From a virus, in the IMG/VR virus record IMGVR_UViG_3300046804_000816, positions 12,274-76,273 of that record: a DNA stretch of 64,000 nucleotides, one strand, 5' to 3'. The position numbers and the translations under genes are program-made. Shown in pieces: positions 43,696-53,599 of this stretch. Positions within the stretch are counted from its first letter, which is position 1. Each line of letters opens with the position of its first letter. The notes beneath the pieces are model-generated. The model was not told the origin of the DNA. It saw only the letters and a list, made by a program, of their open reading frames with translations, and ran no database searches.

Positions 43696-44951
43696 GTAAT
43701 GTTGGTACAGGTAATCTTACCCAATGCACGATAGCAGGGCAAGATGTGCGATCGTTAGTGAATATGCTAGATTATTTCGAAAGCATATATTCGCCTGCAG
43801 CTTCATGCAATATCACGTTAAACGACGCGAGCGGTTTTCATAATAAAGCTCAGCTCAAAGGTGGAACCGAAGAAGTATCTATTGCGTTTGGTGGACGCGA
43901 AGGTGGTTCTATTCGCATGAACTTTAAGGTTGGTAAAGTTGGCGACAGAATGCGCGCCAAAGAAAACCAAGACATGTATATTATTACATGCGTTCCGCAA
44001 GAGTTCATTGAAAACAATCAGAAAGAGATAGTCAAGGCATACAAGGACAAGAAATTGTCTGACATGACTAAAGACTGGCATGAAGAATATACAAAAGAAA
44101 CTAACACGCTAAAGAAAGATCTCGTTACAAACGAGGAAAGTGAAGACAAACAAAACTACTTCGGAACGGGACGCAGTCCAACAACGGCTATTCGTTGGGC
44201 TGCAAAAGAAGCTAAGTCAAAAGACGCTAAAGCATCAAACTACGTTTACTATCAGGATCGAGACGGATATCACTTCCGCACGATCGACAAGATGCTTTCT
44301 GAAGGTGTAAAGTACACTCTTAGCTATTCGCATCAGAACATTGGTAGTCAGGGTGGAGAAGCTGCAAGAAAGATTATAGCGTATGATCAGAAGAGCGACT
44401 TCGATAGTATGGATTCAAGTTACAATGGCGCAGATTCTGATCATTGGTACTACTTTGATCCATCTGTAGGTAAAGTAGACGCAGTCAAAGAAGGCAAACG
44501 CGACGGAGCCGGCGACACATCACACACAGGTTCTGCACAGCTGACTTCAAAACAAAAGAGTGCGCGCGGCGAACGATTCAACTTTATCGTAGCGCCTGGA
44601 CAAGGACAAAGTAAGTTTAGAGATTCGCGTGATAAGAAGATCAGCGAAAATAAAAGAAGCTTACCAGAGCACGGCGCAAAATCATCAGCTGCAATTCAGC
44701 TAGATAATTTAATAATCAATGTTCGTGTTCCTGGCGACACAAACTATAAACCCGGCATCAAAGTGAGACTAGATATTCCTGCGAACCAAGAAAGCAGTGA
44801 GCTTGATCCGCGTTCTGGTACGTTTCTAGTTACATCTGTTAGACATATCACATATAGAGATGAGAACGATTTAAAATATGAGTGCTTATTAGAATGTAAG
44901 AGTGATTCGCAAAACAAATCATCATCAGGTAATTCTGGAGTTACGAAGTAA
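43692..44951 (+). CDS. Baseplate hub protein (gp27-like)
   Basis: FESIY, YYQD.DGYHFR.ID, VPGD...G, SG.FLV..VRH; between gp53 and gp5. Confidence 0.65.
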   Translation: MSNVGTGNLTQCTIAGQDVRSLVNMLDYFESIYSPAASCNITLNDASGFHNKAQLKGGTEEVSIAFGGREGGSIRMNFKVGKVGDRMRAKENQDMYIITCVPQEFIENNQKEIVKAYKDKKLSDMTKDWHEEYTKETNTLKKDLVTNEESEDKQNYFGTGRSPTTAIRWAAKEAKSKDAKASNYVYYQDRDGYHFRTIDKMLSEGVKYTLSYSHQNIGSQGGEAARKIIAYDQKSDFDSMDSSYNGADSDHWYYFDPSVGKVDAVKEGKRDGAGDTSHTGSAQLTSKQKSARGERFNFIVAPGQGQSKFRDSRDKKISENKRSLPEHGAKSSAAIQLDNLIINVRVPGDTNYKPGIKVRLDIPANQESSELDPRSGTFLVTSVRHITYRDENDLKYECLLECKSDSQNKSSSGNSGVTK

Positions 44952-45340
44952 TGGCTGAGCCCGGTACAGTAATGGGACAGGATGGACTCAAGTGGTGGGT
45001 CGGTACTGTTGAAGATAGAGGTTCTGGTCAGTATTCTGGCGAAAAGGATAATCTGAAACTCGGAAGAGTGAAAGTCAGAATACATGGTCAGCACACGGAA
45101 GACAAAGGACAACTTCCTACGAAAGATCTTCCGTGGTGTTATGTAATGAATTCAACTTCTTCTGCATCTATCAGTGGTGTAGGTAGAAGTCCTACAGGAA
45201 TTGTTGAAGGTACAAAAGTGTTTGGATTCTTTATGGATGGAGATGGCGGACAATATCCAATAATCTTTGGAACGCTGCCGCACATTCAACAGAAGGGTGG
45301 ATCTGGTCCTAACTCTCCAGGATCTGGAGGAGCTTCGTAA
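44951..45340 (+). CDS. gp5 N-terminal OB-fold domain (stand-alone)
   Basis: WWVG.VED....LGRVKVRI.G.H....LP..DLPW, VFGFFMDG..GQ.P.I.G. Confidence 0.88.
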   Translation: MAEPGTVMGQDGLKWWVGTVEDRGSGQYSGEKDNLKLGRVKVRIHGQHTEDKGQLPTKDLPWCYVMNSTSSASISGVGRSPTGIVEGTKVFGFFMDGDGGQYPIIFGTLPHIQQKGGSGPNSPGSGGAS

Positions 45341-46107
45341 TGGCTTCAATTACTGTAAAACCTCTTGCGACTATGAACGCTTCGCCTACAATAACAGGCA
45401 CAGTTTCATTTCAGCGATTTGATTCTAATAGAGATCCAAAAGAAACGATTGAGATAATTGTAAACTATAAATCTTACAAATTATTTCAGCAAGTTGGTTT
45501 AGATGAAACTGTTACGCCTAACATATGGAAATTGCAATTTGATGAGTATCTGTATCCAGGAACGTATGAAATTGATGCGCGAGTAATTGACGTTAATACA
45601 AAAACTGTTCTTGCGTCGGATACTACGAACAATGAATTAACGATTCTTCCTCCTCCGGTCAATCAACCTAAAATGACTTTGCTACAGAAAGTAGCATTGG
45701 TCAGTCTGCTGATGAGCAGCGTAAGTAAAATGTTTGGTGGACAGAACGGCATAGGCGGAAATCCTGCAGTTCATCCTACTATTGGCGACGATGCGTCTAC
45801 GTCTCTTGCTGGTCGCTCGGATCAGGAACGTCCGCAAGATCCTCGCGCGAAAAGTAATGTGGACAGAGCAAAATCAAATAAGAACCCAATTCCACCAAAA
45901 TGTCCGATGACTGTAACTGCTGGCGATAATACTTTGTCTGGTGAAGACAGCCCTGATTTTGAACCAGGCAATTTTGATCAGTTCAAAGAACAGATGGGAG
46001 ATACGTTGTCTAGAGCTAACGAAGCTGTAAGAGACGCACCAGATGAAGCAGCTGCAATGAACAGTCAGCAGTACAGCACATCAACACCGACTACGGTGCT
46101 AGGATAA
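45340..46107 (+). CDS. Hypothetical structural protein (possible Ig-like N-domain)
   Basis: P.ITGT...W.L...L.PGTYEI.A; inserted between gp5 halves. Confidence 0.6.
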   Translation: MASITVKPLATMNASPTITGTVSFQRFDSNRDPKETIEIIVNYKSYKLFQQVGLDETVTPNIWKLQFDEYLYPGTYEIDARVIDVNTKTVLASDTTNNELTILPPPVNQPKMTLLQKVALVSLLMSSVSKMFGGQNGIGGNPAVHPTIGDDASTSLAGRSDQERPQDPRAKSNVDRAKSNKNPIPPKCPMTVTAGDNTLSGEDSPDFEPGNFDQFKEQMGDTLSRANEAVRDAPDEAAAMNSQQYSTSTPTTVLG

Positions 46108-46116
46108 GGAATAGTT

Positions 46117-46830
46117 ATGGCAACTCATAATGAACAAAAACCAGGTGGCGATAAATCAAAATATCTAGGCAATCATGTGTACACTACAGAAGCTGGACAC
46201 ATGATTGAAATAGATAATAGTCCTGGCGATCGTAGAATTCATATCTATCATGCAAGTGGTACATTCATTGAAATAAAAGATGATGGCGCTAGAGTTTCAA
46301 AGATTGTACAAAAAGATCAAGAGTATAATGAAAACGGTAAAGATCAAAAGATCACGGGCAATTTTAATCTAACGATAGACGGCGATGTTATTACACACGT
46401 TACCGGTAATATGAAGACAGAAGTTAAGGGCGACTACGAGCTCGTTGTTCATGGCGATTATAGAATCAAGTCTGCAGGAAATCATTTCCAGGAAACAGGT
46501 GGCGACGAGCGCGTTCAAGTGAACGGCAAGACTTCCCATCGTACGTCAGGCGATCGCGAACATATTACGGGTGGTAGCAGTGTAGAAAGTATTGGCGCAG
46601 ATCGTACCGTTACAACGACAGGAAACTCTGTAAAGATGACGGGTGGCAACGGACTCACTAGCACTGGCGGCGAACAATCTATTATCGCAGGTGGATCTAT
46701 GGGTGTAGGCGCTGCACGATTAGGAATTGCTTCTGTTACAGCAACAGCCATCAGAGCTGGCAGCACGATTAATATGGAAGCGAGTTCAACGAATACAATC
46801 AAGGGCAGCACCATTCAGCTGAATCCATAA
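46117..46830 (+). CDS. gp5 C-terminal beta-helix spike
   Basis: Y..NHV..TE.GH.IE.D..PG..RIH.YH.SGTF.EI, V.G repeats, ends I.LN. Confidence 0.88.
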   Translation: MATHNEQKPGGDKSKYLGNHVYTTEAGHMIEIDNSPGDRRIHIYHASGTFIEIKDDGARVSKIVQKDQEYNENGKDQKITGNFNLTIDGDVITHVTGNMKTEVKGDYELVVHGDYRIKSAGNHFQETGGDERVQVNGKTSHRTSGDREHITGGSSVESIGADRTVTTTGNSVKMTGGNGLTSTGGEQSIIAGGSMGVGAARLGIASVTATAIRAGSTINMEASSTNTIKGSTIQLNP

Positions 46831-47114
46831 TGGGAAACTCAATACATAGACAAGATGACTCGCGTTCGTGCGGTGCAACAACGAACGTTATAGGACAATC
46901 AACAGTTTATGCTGGCGGAAAATTAGTAGCTGTTAATGGCGATCCTAATACGCATGGAGACGGACAATTGATTGCCGCAACCAATAATGTTTATGCTGGA
47001 GGTATTATGGTTGTGAATGTTGGCGATAATGCGCAAGCAGACAATGCAGATCACTCTAATCCATCAGCGTCTTCTGGATTAGATTCTGTACAAGTAGGCG
47101 ACCCTGTAATATAG
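46830..47114 (+). CDS. PAAR spike-tip protein (gp5.4-like)
   Basis: HR..D...CGA, V.V.GD...H, ASSG...V.VG. Confidence 0.85.
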   Translation: MGNSIHRQDDSRSCGATTNVIGQSTVYAGGKLVAVNGDPNTHGDGQLIAATNNVYAGGIMVVNVGDNAQADNADHSNPSASSGLDSVQVGDPVI

Positions 47115-47121
47115 GTGACAA

Positions 47122-48471
47122 ATGGATCAACTCACAATTGACTTCAAAATCAAAACATTATATCCTAATCCTAGAAAAGGACAACTGTATATTGTTGACT
47201 GCGTTCCTAAAATGTACGCAGGAACAGATAGCATGTTTGATCTATTTGATGATATGTCGCGTAAATTTCCTACGTTGATTAATTATCAATATATGAACGG
47301 TTATATGAACAATCCGTTCGGATATGTTCCGCCAATTTATAAATTAGATCCTAAGTTCGCTGCTACACTCGTTGCGCTCAACGTTGCTGGACAAATTGGT
47401 AAGATCACCGGATTGGCTAATGGATTCCTTCCTCCAGGATTAGACGGACCAGTACAAGCAATCAAAGGTGTTATATCTAATTTCACAAATCAGATTCCTG
47501 GTCTTTCTGCAGCAGCCGGCGCAGCAGCAGATATCGCAAACAATATTGCAAAAATCACTCAGATCAATACGTTAGTTAAGTTATCTCTTGGTGGACCAGC
47601 AGGATTAGTGTTCAAAGCGATTACTTCTAACTTTGGTTTGCCCGCAATCAGCATTTCAATTCCAGGAGTTAATCTCCAAGTAGAAGTTGCTAAATTAGCA
47701 GCTGCTGCTTCTAATCCAATTGCGTTTGCGGCTCAAGCAGCCTTGATATCTAGAACATTCCCGATGATTAATACAAATATGCTGATCGCAAAAATGTTGG
47801 GAGTTGCAGGAACAGCTGGACGTGATCCTTGTACGGGTCTTCCGATTGGAAAACCGTTTAATATTAAGTCAATGGTACCAAATCTAGCGTTCGCAGCTGG
47901 TGCTATGGCGCTTAAAGCTCTTCCGGGTATTACTCCTACTGGTGATGCGCTGAAACCACAGAAAACAGCAAATCCACCAAAGCCCGTTAAACCAATCGAG
48001 ATGAAAAATCTGTTTGCGGAAGCGGCTGCTGCATCATCATTGTCAACTCTAACACAACCACTTTCTCAGTTCATGGGAATGATGGCTACTATTGCTCCAC
48101 AGACTGCTCTTGTCAAACCAAGTCCTGTAACAACTGCTCTCGGTACACAGAAACTAGTCGGAACATCAAATACAGCGAACTGGGGTTCTGGTGGCTATGG
48201 GCGTGATAATTCAACAGCAGAACTGGAAAGAAAGCGTCTAGAGCTTACTGCTAAGATTGAAAAGCATACTGCAGAACTTGAAGCAATGGTAGATTATAGT
48301 AAGCTCACTTCGATGAGTTATCCAGAACTAATTAAGAAATATCCAAGAATAACGCCTACAATGAGCGTAGCAGAAGCATTGCATATTATTGAAGAAACTG
48401 ATGCAAAAGCTAAAGCAGCAGCTAATACTGCACCTAAAACATCTAATACAACGAGTACTACAACCGCCTGA
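47122..48471 (+). CDS. Hypothetical structural protein, Ala/Pro-rich
   Basis: 449-aa ORF within baseplate operon. Confidence 0.7.
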   Translation: MDQLTIDFKIKTLYPNPRKGQLYIVDCVPKMYAGTDSMFDLFDDMSRKFPTLINYQYMNGYMNNPFGYVPPIYKLDPKFAATLVALNVAGQIGKITGLANGFLPPGLDGPVQAIKGVISNFTNQIPGLSAAAGAAADIANNIAKITQINTLVKLSLGGPAGLVFKAITSNFGLPAISISIPGVNLQVEVAKLAAAASNPIAFAAQAALISRTFPMINTNMLIAKMLGVAGTAGRDPCTGLPIGKPFNIKSMVPNLAFAAGAMALKALPGITPTGDALKPQKTANPPKPVKPIEMKNLFAEAAAASSLSTLTQPLSQFMGMMATIAPQTALVKPSPVTTALGTQKLVGTSNTANWGSGGYGRDNSTAELERKRLELTAKIEKHTAELEAMVDYSKLTSMSYPELIKKYPRITPTMSVAEALHIIEETDAKAKAAANTAPKTSNTTSTTTA

Positions 48472-48481
48472 ACACATTCAT

Positions 48482-48510
48482 ATTATAAAACGATTTTGCG
48501 AAGTTGTCAA
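48482..48510 (-). promoter_or_regulatory. Antisense perfect-consensus sigma70 promoter
   Basis: Minus strand GCCC-TTGACA-ACTTCGCAAAATCGTTT(17)-TATAAT, same CTTGACAA context as early promoters. Confidence 0.8.
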
Positions 48511-48546
48511 GGGCTTTTTTGTAATAAATAGGAAAAAGGAATACCT

Positions 48547-48978
48547 ATGAAAAAAAGAGTTCTGCCTTCTTCGCTGAAAAAGCTAGTTTATAAAGATTTC
48601 GATCTTTCGTTCAAGCGTCATCCAGTCACTGGAAAACTCTTGATTAAGAAAGATGACGAAGCTGTAAAACAAGCTGTAAAGAACGTAGTTCTAACAAATA
48701 AGTATGAACGTCCGTTCCACCCAGAGTTTGGCGGAAACGTAAGAAACAGTCTTTTTGAAACGTTCACGAGCTTTTCGCAAGCTGAACTTTCCGAAAGAAT
48801 TGCTAGATCTATTGAGAACTACGAGTCCAGGGTGCAGCTAGTCGCAGATGCGACTTATGGTCCTGTAACTGTACAAGAGTATCCTGATCAGAATGGTATG
48901 GCGGTCACGATTCGTTTTCGTAACGTGGCTACATTGAACGAAGTCACACTAGACATTAATCTTAATAAGGTTCGATAA
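48547..48978 (+). CDS. gp25: Baseplate wedge gp25
   Basis: YKDFDLSF..HP.T, A.KQAV.N.VLT...ERPF.P.FG, I.NYE.RV. Confidence 0.92.
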   Translation: MKKRVLPSSLKKLVYKDFDLSFKRHPVTGKLLIKKDDEAVKQAVKNVVLTNKYERPFHPEFGGNVRNSLFETFTSFSQAELSERIARSIENYESRVQLVADATYGPVTVQEYPDQNGMAVTIRFRNVATLNEVTLDINLNKVR

Positions 48979-50870
48979 TGGCCGCTAATACAGATCTCAT
49001 AGTTACAGGACTAGACTTTGATACGATTAGATTGAATCTAAGAACGTATATCGCGTCTAAGCCTGAATTTACAGATTACGATTTCAACGATTCAGCACTC
49101 GGAACGTTGCTTGATCTTCTTGCATACAACACATATTATCAAGCCTTCTATGCAAATATGGCTGCCAATGAAGGATTCCTAGATACAGCTCAATTGTATG
49201 ATAGTGTTGTTTCAAAGGCCAAAGCACTAGGATATACTCCCACGAGCGCGCGAGGAGCGAGCGCGAATGTTCAGCTGATCTTTACTAATTCTTTTGCTAA
49301 CAACACATTCCGTTCTATTCGCGTAGCTAAAGACACAAGATTTACATCAACTGTAAATGGTGTTTCATATACTTTCGTTACGCCACAAACATATACTATT
49401 GCAGCCAACTCCACTGGAGGATTTGCTGATTTTGTAAAGATCACCGAAGGCATTCCTCTTACACATAGATTTATCTACAACAGAGGTTCAAATACTTCGT
49501 TCGTACTGCCTAATGATAACGTAGATACTTCCAGCATTACTGTTACGGTTACAGCCAGCGGAAACACGCAAACATATATTCGTGGCGATAACATTCTCAC
49601 AACAAACTCTTCTTCTCAGATATACTTTATTGATGCAGATAAAGAGCAACGATATAAGGTATACTTTGGCGATGGAGTTATTGGTAAACAACCAGCGACT
49701 TCTAGCATTGTAGCAATTTCATATCGTGTATGTAACGGCAATGCACCAAATGGTGCTAACTCGTACACGCTCGTAGGATCTACGATTGATGGACAATCTG
49801 GAATTACGATCGTTCCCATCGGTCGTGCTTCTGGTGGCGCAGAAATAGAAAACATTGATTCTGTTCGCTTCAATGCGCCACTATCATACGAAACGCAAAA
49901 TCGTTGCGTTACGATTGCCGACTACGAGCGCATTCTTCTTAGAGAAAATCCAGACATTCAAGCTGTTAGCGTTTGGGGTGGAGAAGATAACGTTCCACCA
50001 ATTTATGGCAAAGTTTTCATCAGCGCCAAACCTAAGACTGGAACGCTGTTCTCAACAACGCGCAAAAACGATATTAGAAAGTCGATCGTAAAGTACAACG
50101 TACAATCAATCGACACAGAAGTCGTAGATCCAACATATCTCTATATCATTCCAGAGATTGATGTTCGTTACTATCCAACACAAACATCGAGAACTCCTGG
50201 CGAGATCGCTGACGCTGTTGCTTCAAAAGTAATTCAGTTTGAAGCAGCTTATCTATCAAGATTTGGTCAGAAGTTTAGATACTCGCGTTTCCTTGACTAT
50301 CTAGATTCTGCAGACGATGCTATCGTTTCTACGAATGCTACTATTCGTCTTAGAAAAACATTTATCCCTTCGTTGCTGAATATTAACACATATACATTAA
50401 AGTTTAATCATACGTTGCAGCGTTTAGGCACAAAAGAACTTATTGGCGGCGTATCACAGCATCCAGGATATGGTTCTATCACTTCTTCTCAGTTCGTTTA
50501 CTCAGACTTTAATTCGTTCTTTGATGACAACGGATTTGGTACGCTCAGAATCTACTATCCATCTGGAACCGGACGTCTTGGTCGAGTTTACACAAACTAT
50601 TCGGCTGGAACTATAGACTATGAAACTGGAACAGTAACGATTAGCGACTTCGTTCCTACTTCATTTGTTGGCGAAGAAATGTCTATCGTAGCTGCTCCTA
50701 TTAATCCTAACATTATGCCTTTAAGAAATCAGATTCTATTGATGTCGCAGTCAGTAGTTAACGTGATCGACGATAATACAAATAGAACTGTTGCTACAGC
50801 ATCTAATATCGAAACGATTGGTCAGACTGCAACGCTTCTGACACCTACCGGAAGGTTGTATAACTTCTAA
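48978..50870 (+). CDS. gp6: Baseplate wedge gp6
   Basis: LDFD.I..NL, FTDYDF..S.L..LLD.LAYNT, FGDG..G, QNR.VT..DY, VWGGE...PP.YGKVFI. Confidence 0.95.
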   Translation: MAANTDLIVTGLDFDTIRLNLRTYIASKPEFTDYDFNDSALGTLLDLLAYNTYYQAFYANMAANEGFLDTAQLYDSVVSKAKALGYTPTSARGASANVQLIFTNSFANNTFRSIRVAKDTRFTSTVNGVSYTFVTPQTYTIAANSTGGFADFVKITEGIPLTHRFIYNRGSNTSFVLPNDNVDTSSITVTVTASGNTQTYIRGDNILTTNSSSQIYFIDADKEQRYKVYFGDGVIGKQPATSSIVAISYRVCNGNAPNGANSYTLVGSTIDGQSGITIVPIGRASGGAEIENIDSVRFNAPLSYETQNRCVTIADYERILLRENPDIQAVSVWGGEDNVPPIYGKVFISAKPKTGTLFSTTRKNDIRKSIVKYNVQSIDTEVVDPTYLYIIPEIDVRYYPTQTSRTPGEIADAVASKVIQFEAAYLSRFGQKFRYSRFLDYLDSADDAIVSTNATIRLRKTFIPSLLNINTYTLKFNHTLQRLGTKELIGGVSQHPGYGSITSSQFVYSDFNSFFDDNGFGTLRIYYPSGTGRLGRVYTNYSAGTIDYETGTVTISDFVPTSFVGEEMSIVAAPINPNIMPLRNQILLMSQSVVNVIDDNTNRTVATASNIETIGQTATLLTPTGRLYNF

Positions 50871-52975
50871 TGGCTATCGTAGGATCAAACGAAATATTCA
50901 AAAAACTATCTTCGCAGATAGAGTCGCAGTTTCCTGGCTTTATCCGCGAAGAAGGTCCGCAATTTGTTTCGTTTCTAAAAGCATATTTTGAATATCTAGA
51001 ACAGTCTGGAAACGCTGTAACTGCTATTCGTTCGATACAAGACAATCAAGACATCGATAGAACTGTAGACTCGTTCGTTGAATATTTTAGACGAGAGTTT
51101 ATGAAAGATATTCCAAAGGACGCTCTAGCCGATCAGCGTCTTTTGACTAAACACATTCGTCAGTTTTATCTTTCGCGCGGTACGCCAGAGTCGTATCGTT
51201 TTCTTTTTCGCGCGCTGTACAACAAAGAAATCGAATTCTATTATCCTGGTGATGATATTCTGCGCGCATCAGACGGTCGTTGGCTAAAAGAATCAAAGCT
51301 GCGCGTCGGCGAACCATCAAATATTAATCCAACACAATTTGGCGGTATTAAAGTAACAGGAGCAACATCGGGTGCGACTGCTGTAGTACAAAGCGTCGTT
51401 TCTATTATCGCTTCAGGTGTTACAGTTTATGATATGACCGTCGAAACGGTTAGCGGATTGTTTCAAGATGGCGAGCGTATATTTGATGCGGATGGAAACT
51501 ATGCAACAGTAAACGCACAGATCGGACCAATCACTGATATTAATGTTTCATCTGGCGGCGCATTCCATGAGAACGGCGATCTTGTTGAAATTGGTGGAGC
51601 ATCTTCATCGACAAGCGCAAGAGGAATCATCACATCAGTTACAGATACCAGTGCGTTAAACATTCGTCTTGTTAAGACTGGATCTGGATATACGCGAAAC
51701 AATACAAGAGTTGTTGTTACTGGCGGAAACGGCACAGGATTCCAAGCCGACATTCATTCGTTTTCGCAACAGTCAATTAACGTAGCACTGAACTCAGATG
51801 TTATCGGTAATCTGCGAGACGTTCGTCTTAACGCCAATTCTTTCTTTGTTAGAGGCGGAGCTAATACTGCTCGAGTTAACAAAAAACTGACTGGAACAGT
51901 AAAAGCGTTCACTTCGACAAATACCATATTTGGTCAAGGAACTGCGTTCAATACAGAACTGAGTGTTGGTGACGTAGTTCGTGTTGTAGGTTCTCCAACA
52001 GCCCTTGTGGTGCACTCTATTGGTGGCGCACAAACATTTGTTACAACAACAAGAAGCTCTGTAAACATTTTAACTGGCGCTAACGCATATTCTAAGTTAG
52101 CTGCGGCGAACGTATCGTCGACTCTAGCTACAGCTCTTTCTTTCAGCAACACAGATTTCTATTCAATCAACGCGATTTCTATCATCAATCCAGGGAGAGG
52201 ATATACAACTTTCCCAACTATTCAAATCATTGATGATGAAATTTCCAAGTTTGCTGTAGACGATGGTCACGGCGGATTCTTAGGATTGAATGCTGTTGCT
52301 GTTGCAAATGCGGCGACGGGTTCGATAGTAAGTGTTAAAGTCACTGATACTGGCGCGAACTTTAACAAATATCAAGAAGCCAATATTATCAACACTACTA
52401 AAAATAACGATGAGATCGCGCAAAGCTATTCTGCTCTAAGCGCAAATGGCGCGGCGACAACTGGTTATACAGTAAGAAATAGAACTTATGACGGCGCTGG
52501 ATATGGCGTCGTTTCAGGTGTTACGAACTATCCTGGAAAGTATATTGATACTAAGGGATTCTTGAGCTGGAACAACAGACTCCAAGATAACTATTATTAT
52601 CAGGAATTTTCGTATGTTGTTCGCGTATCAGAACTGTTAGACAGATATAGAGAAATCGTAAAGAAGCTTGCTCATCCTTCTGGAACAAAGTTGTTTGGTG
52701 ATTATCAGATTATTGTGTCGGCTAATACTGTTTCACAAGTTGTGTTTGCTCAATCTTCATTTATTACTTTAGCTGTATCCGAATCTCTGTCTCTAGCTGA
52801 AACGATAACGCCAGCTCTAAGCTCTTCTTCTGCTATAACAGAACTTTCTGGTTCAGATATCATCGAGCCATATGAAACTGTGTTGATATCGGTTTACGCG
52901 TCAACCTTAATCAGTGATATTGGTGGCATTGGAACGCTAAAACTCGAAGATTCTATTGACGCTACAATTACTTGA
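50870..52975 (+). CDS. Baseplate wedge gp7-like
   Basis: FV.FLKAYFE.LE, RGT..SY.FLFR.L, LQDNYYYQEFSYV, HPSG.K.FG. Confidence 0.75.
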   Translation: MAIVGSNEIFKKLSSQIESQFPGFIREEGPQFVSFLKAYFEYLEQSGNAVTAIRSIQDNQDIDRTVDSFVEYFRREFMKDIPKDALADQRLLTKHIRQFYLSRGTPESYRFLFRALYNKEIEFYYPGDDILRASDGRWLKESKLRVGEPSNINPTQFGGIKVTGATSGATAVVQSVVSIIASGVTVYDMTVETVSGLFQDGERIFDADGNYATVNAQIGPITDINVSSGGAFHENGDLVEIGGASSSTSARGIITSVTDTSALNIRLVKTGSGYTRNNTRVVVTGGNGTGFQADIHSFSQQSINVALNSDVIGNLRDVRLNANSFFVRGGANTARVNKKLTGTVKAFTSTNTIFGQGTAFNTELSVGDVVRVVGSPTALVVHSIGGAQTFVTTTRSSVNILTGANAYSKLAAANVSSTLATALSFSNTDFYSINAISIINPGRGYTTFPTIQIIDDEISKFAVDDGHGGFLGLNAVAVANAATGSIVSVKVTDTGANFNKYQEANIINTTKNNDEIAQSYSALSANGAATTGYTVRNRTYDGAGYGVVSGVTNYPGKYIDTKGFLSWNNRLQDNYYYQEFSYVVRVSELLDRYREIVKKLAHPSGTKLFGDYQIIVSANTVSQVVFAQSSFITLAVSESLSLAETITPALSSSSAITELSGSDIIEPYETVLISVYASTLISDIGGIGTLKLEDSIDATIT

Positions 52976-52983
52976 TATAAATA
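52976..52983 (+). promoter_or_regulatory. T4-type late promoter
   Basis: TATAAATA. Confidence 0.7.
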
Positions 52984-53011
52984 TTGAGAACTATTATTCA
53001 GGAGCTTCTGA

Positions 53012-53599
53012 ATGTCTATTGAAAGAATAAATCCAGGCGATTCTACAAGTGTTACAGTCACTCGCGGCGGCGGGCAGAATGAAGCTGTAGATATGCACGG
53101 TTACTTTACGGTGACTTGCAAAGATTCGAATGGAGATGTTAAGTGGGAAGATGGTTTTAATAATCTTGTCACTACCGCAGGCAAGAATGCTCTGCTGAAC
53201 GCATATCTTGGTGGTTCTGCTGTCGGCGCTGGAACTGTCACATGGTATATGGGTCTAATCGCATCTAACGGATATTCAGCTGTAGCCACTGCGGATACGA
53301 TGTCTTCGCACTCTGGATGGTTGGAATCTGGCGCTAATGGCGCACGCGCACCTGGATACTCTCAGTCCACTCGTCGTCAGTTGACATTTGCTTCTGCTTC
53401 TTCCGGCTCAAAGGCTACTTCGAACGCAGTTATATTCACGATCAATGTTAATGGTACTGTGAAGGGAGCGTTCATCGCGAACAATTCAACGAAAGCTGGC
53501 TCGACTGGTGTGCTGTACTCTGCTGGATTGTTTACCGGCGGTGATAAAGCTGTAACTAGCGGCGACACCTTAAATGTAACTTACACAGCGACAGCATAA
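53012..53599 (+). CDS. Virion structural protein
   Basis: N.VTT.G.N.LL, GDTLNVTY beta-rich motif. Confidence 0.65.
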   Translation: MSIERINPGDSTSVTVTRGGGQNEAVDMHGYFTVTCKDSNGDVKWEDGFNNLVTTAGKNALLNAYLGGSAVGAGTVTWYMGLIASNGYSAVATADTMSSHSGWLESGANGARAPGYSQSTRRQLTFASASSGSKATSNAVIFTINVNGTVKGAFIANNSTKAGSTGVLYSAGLFTGGDKAVTSGDTLNVTYTATA

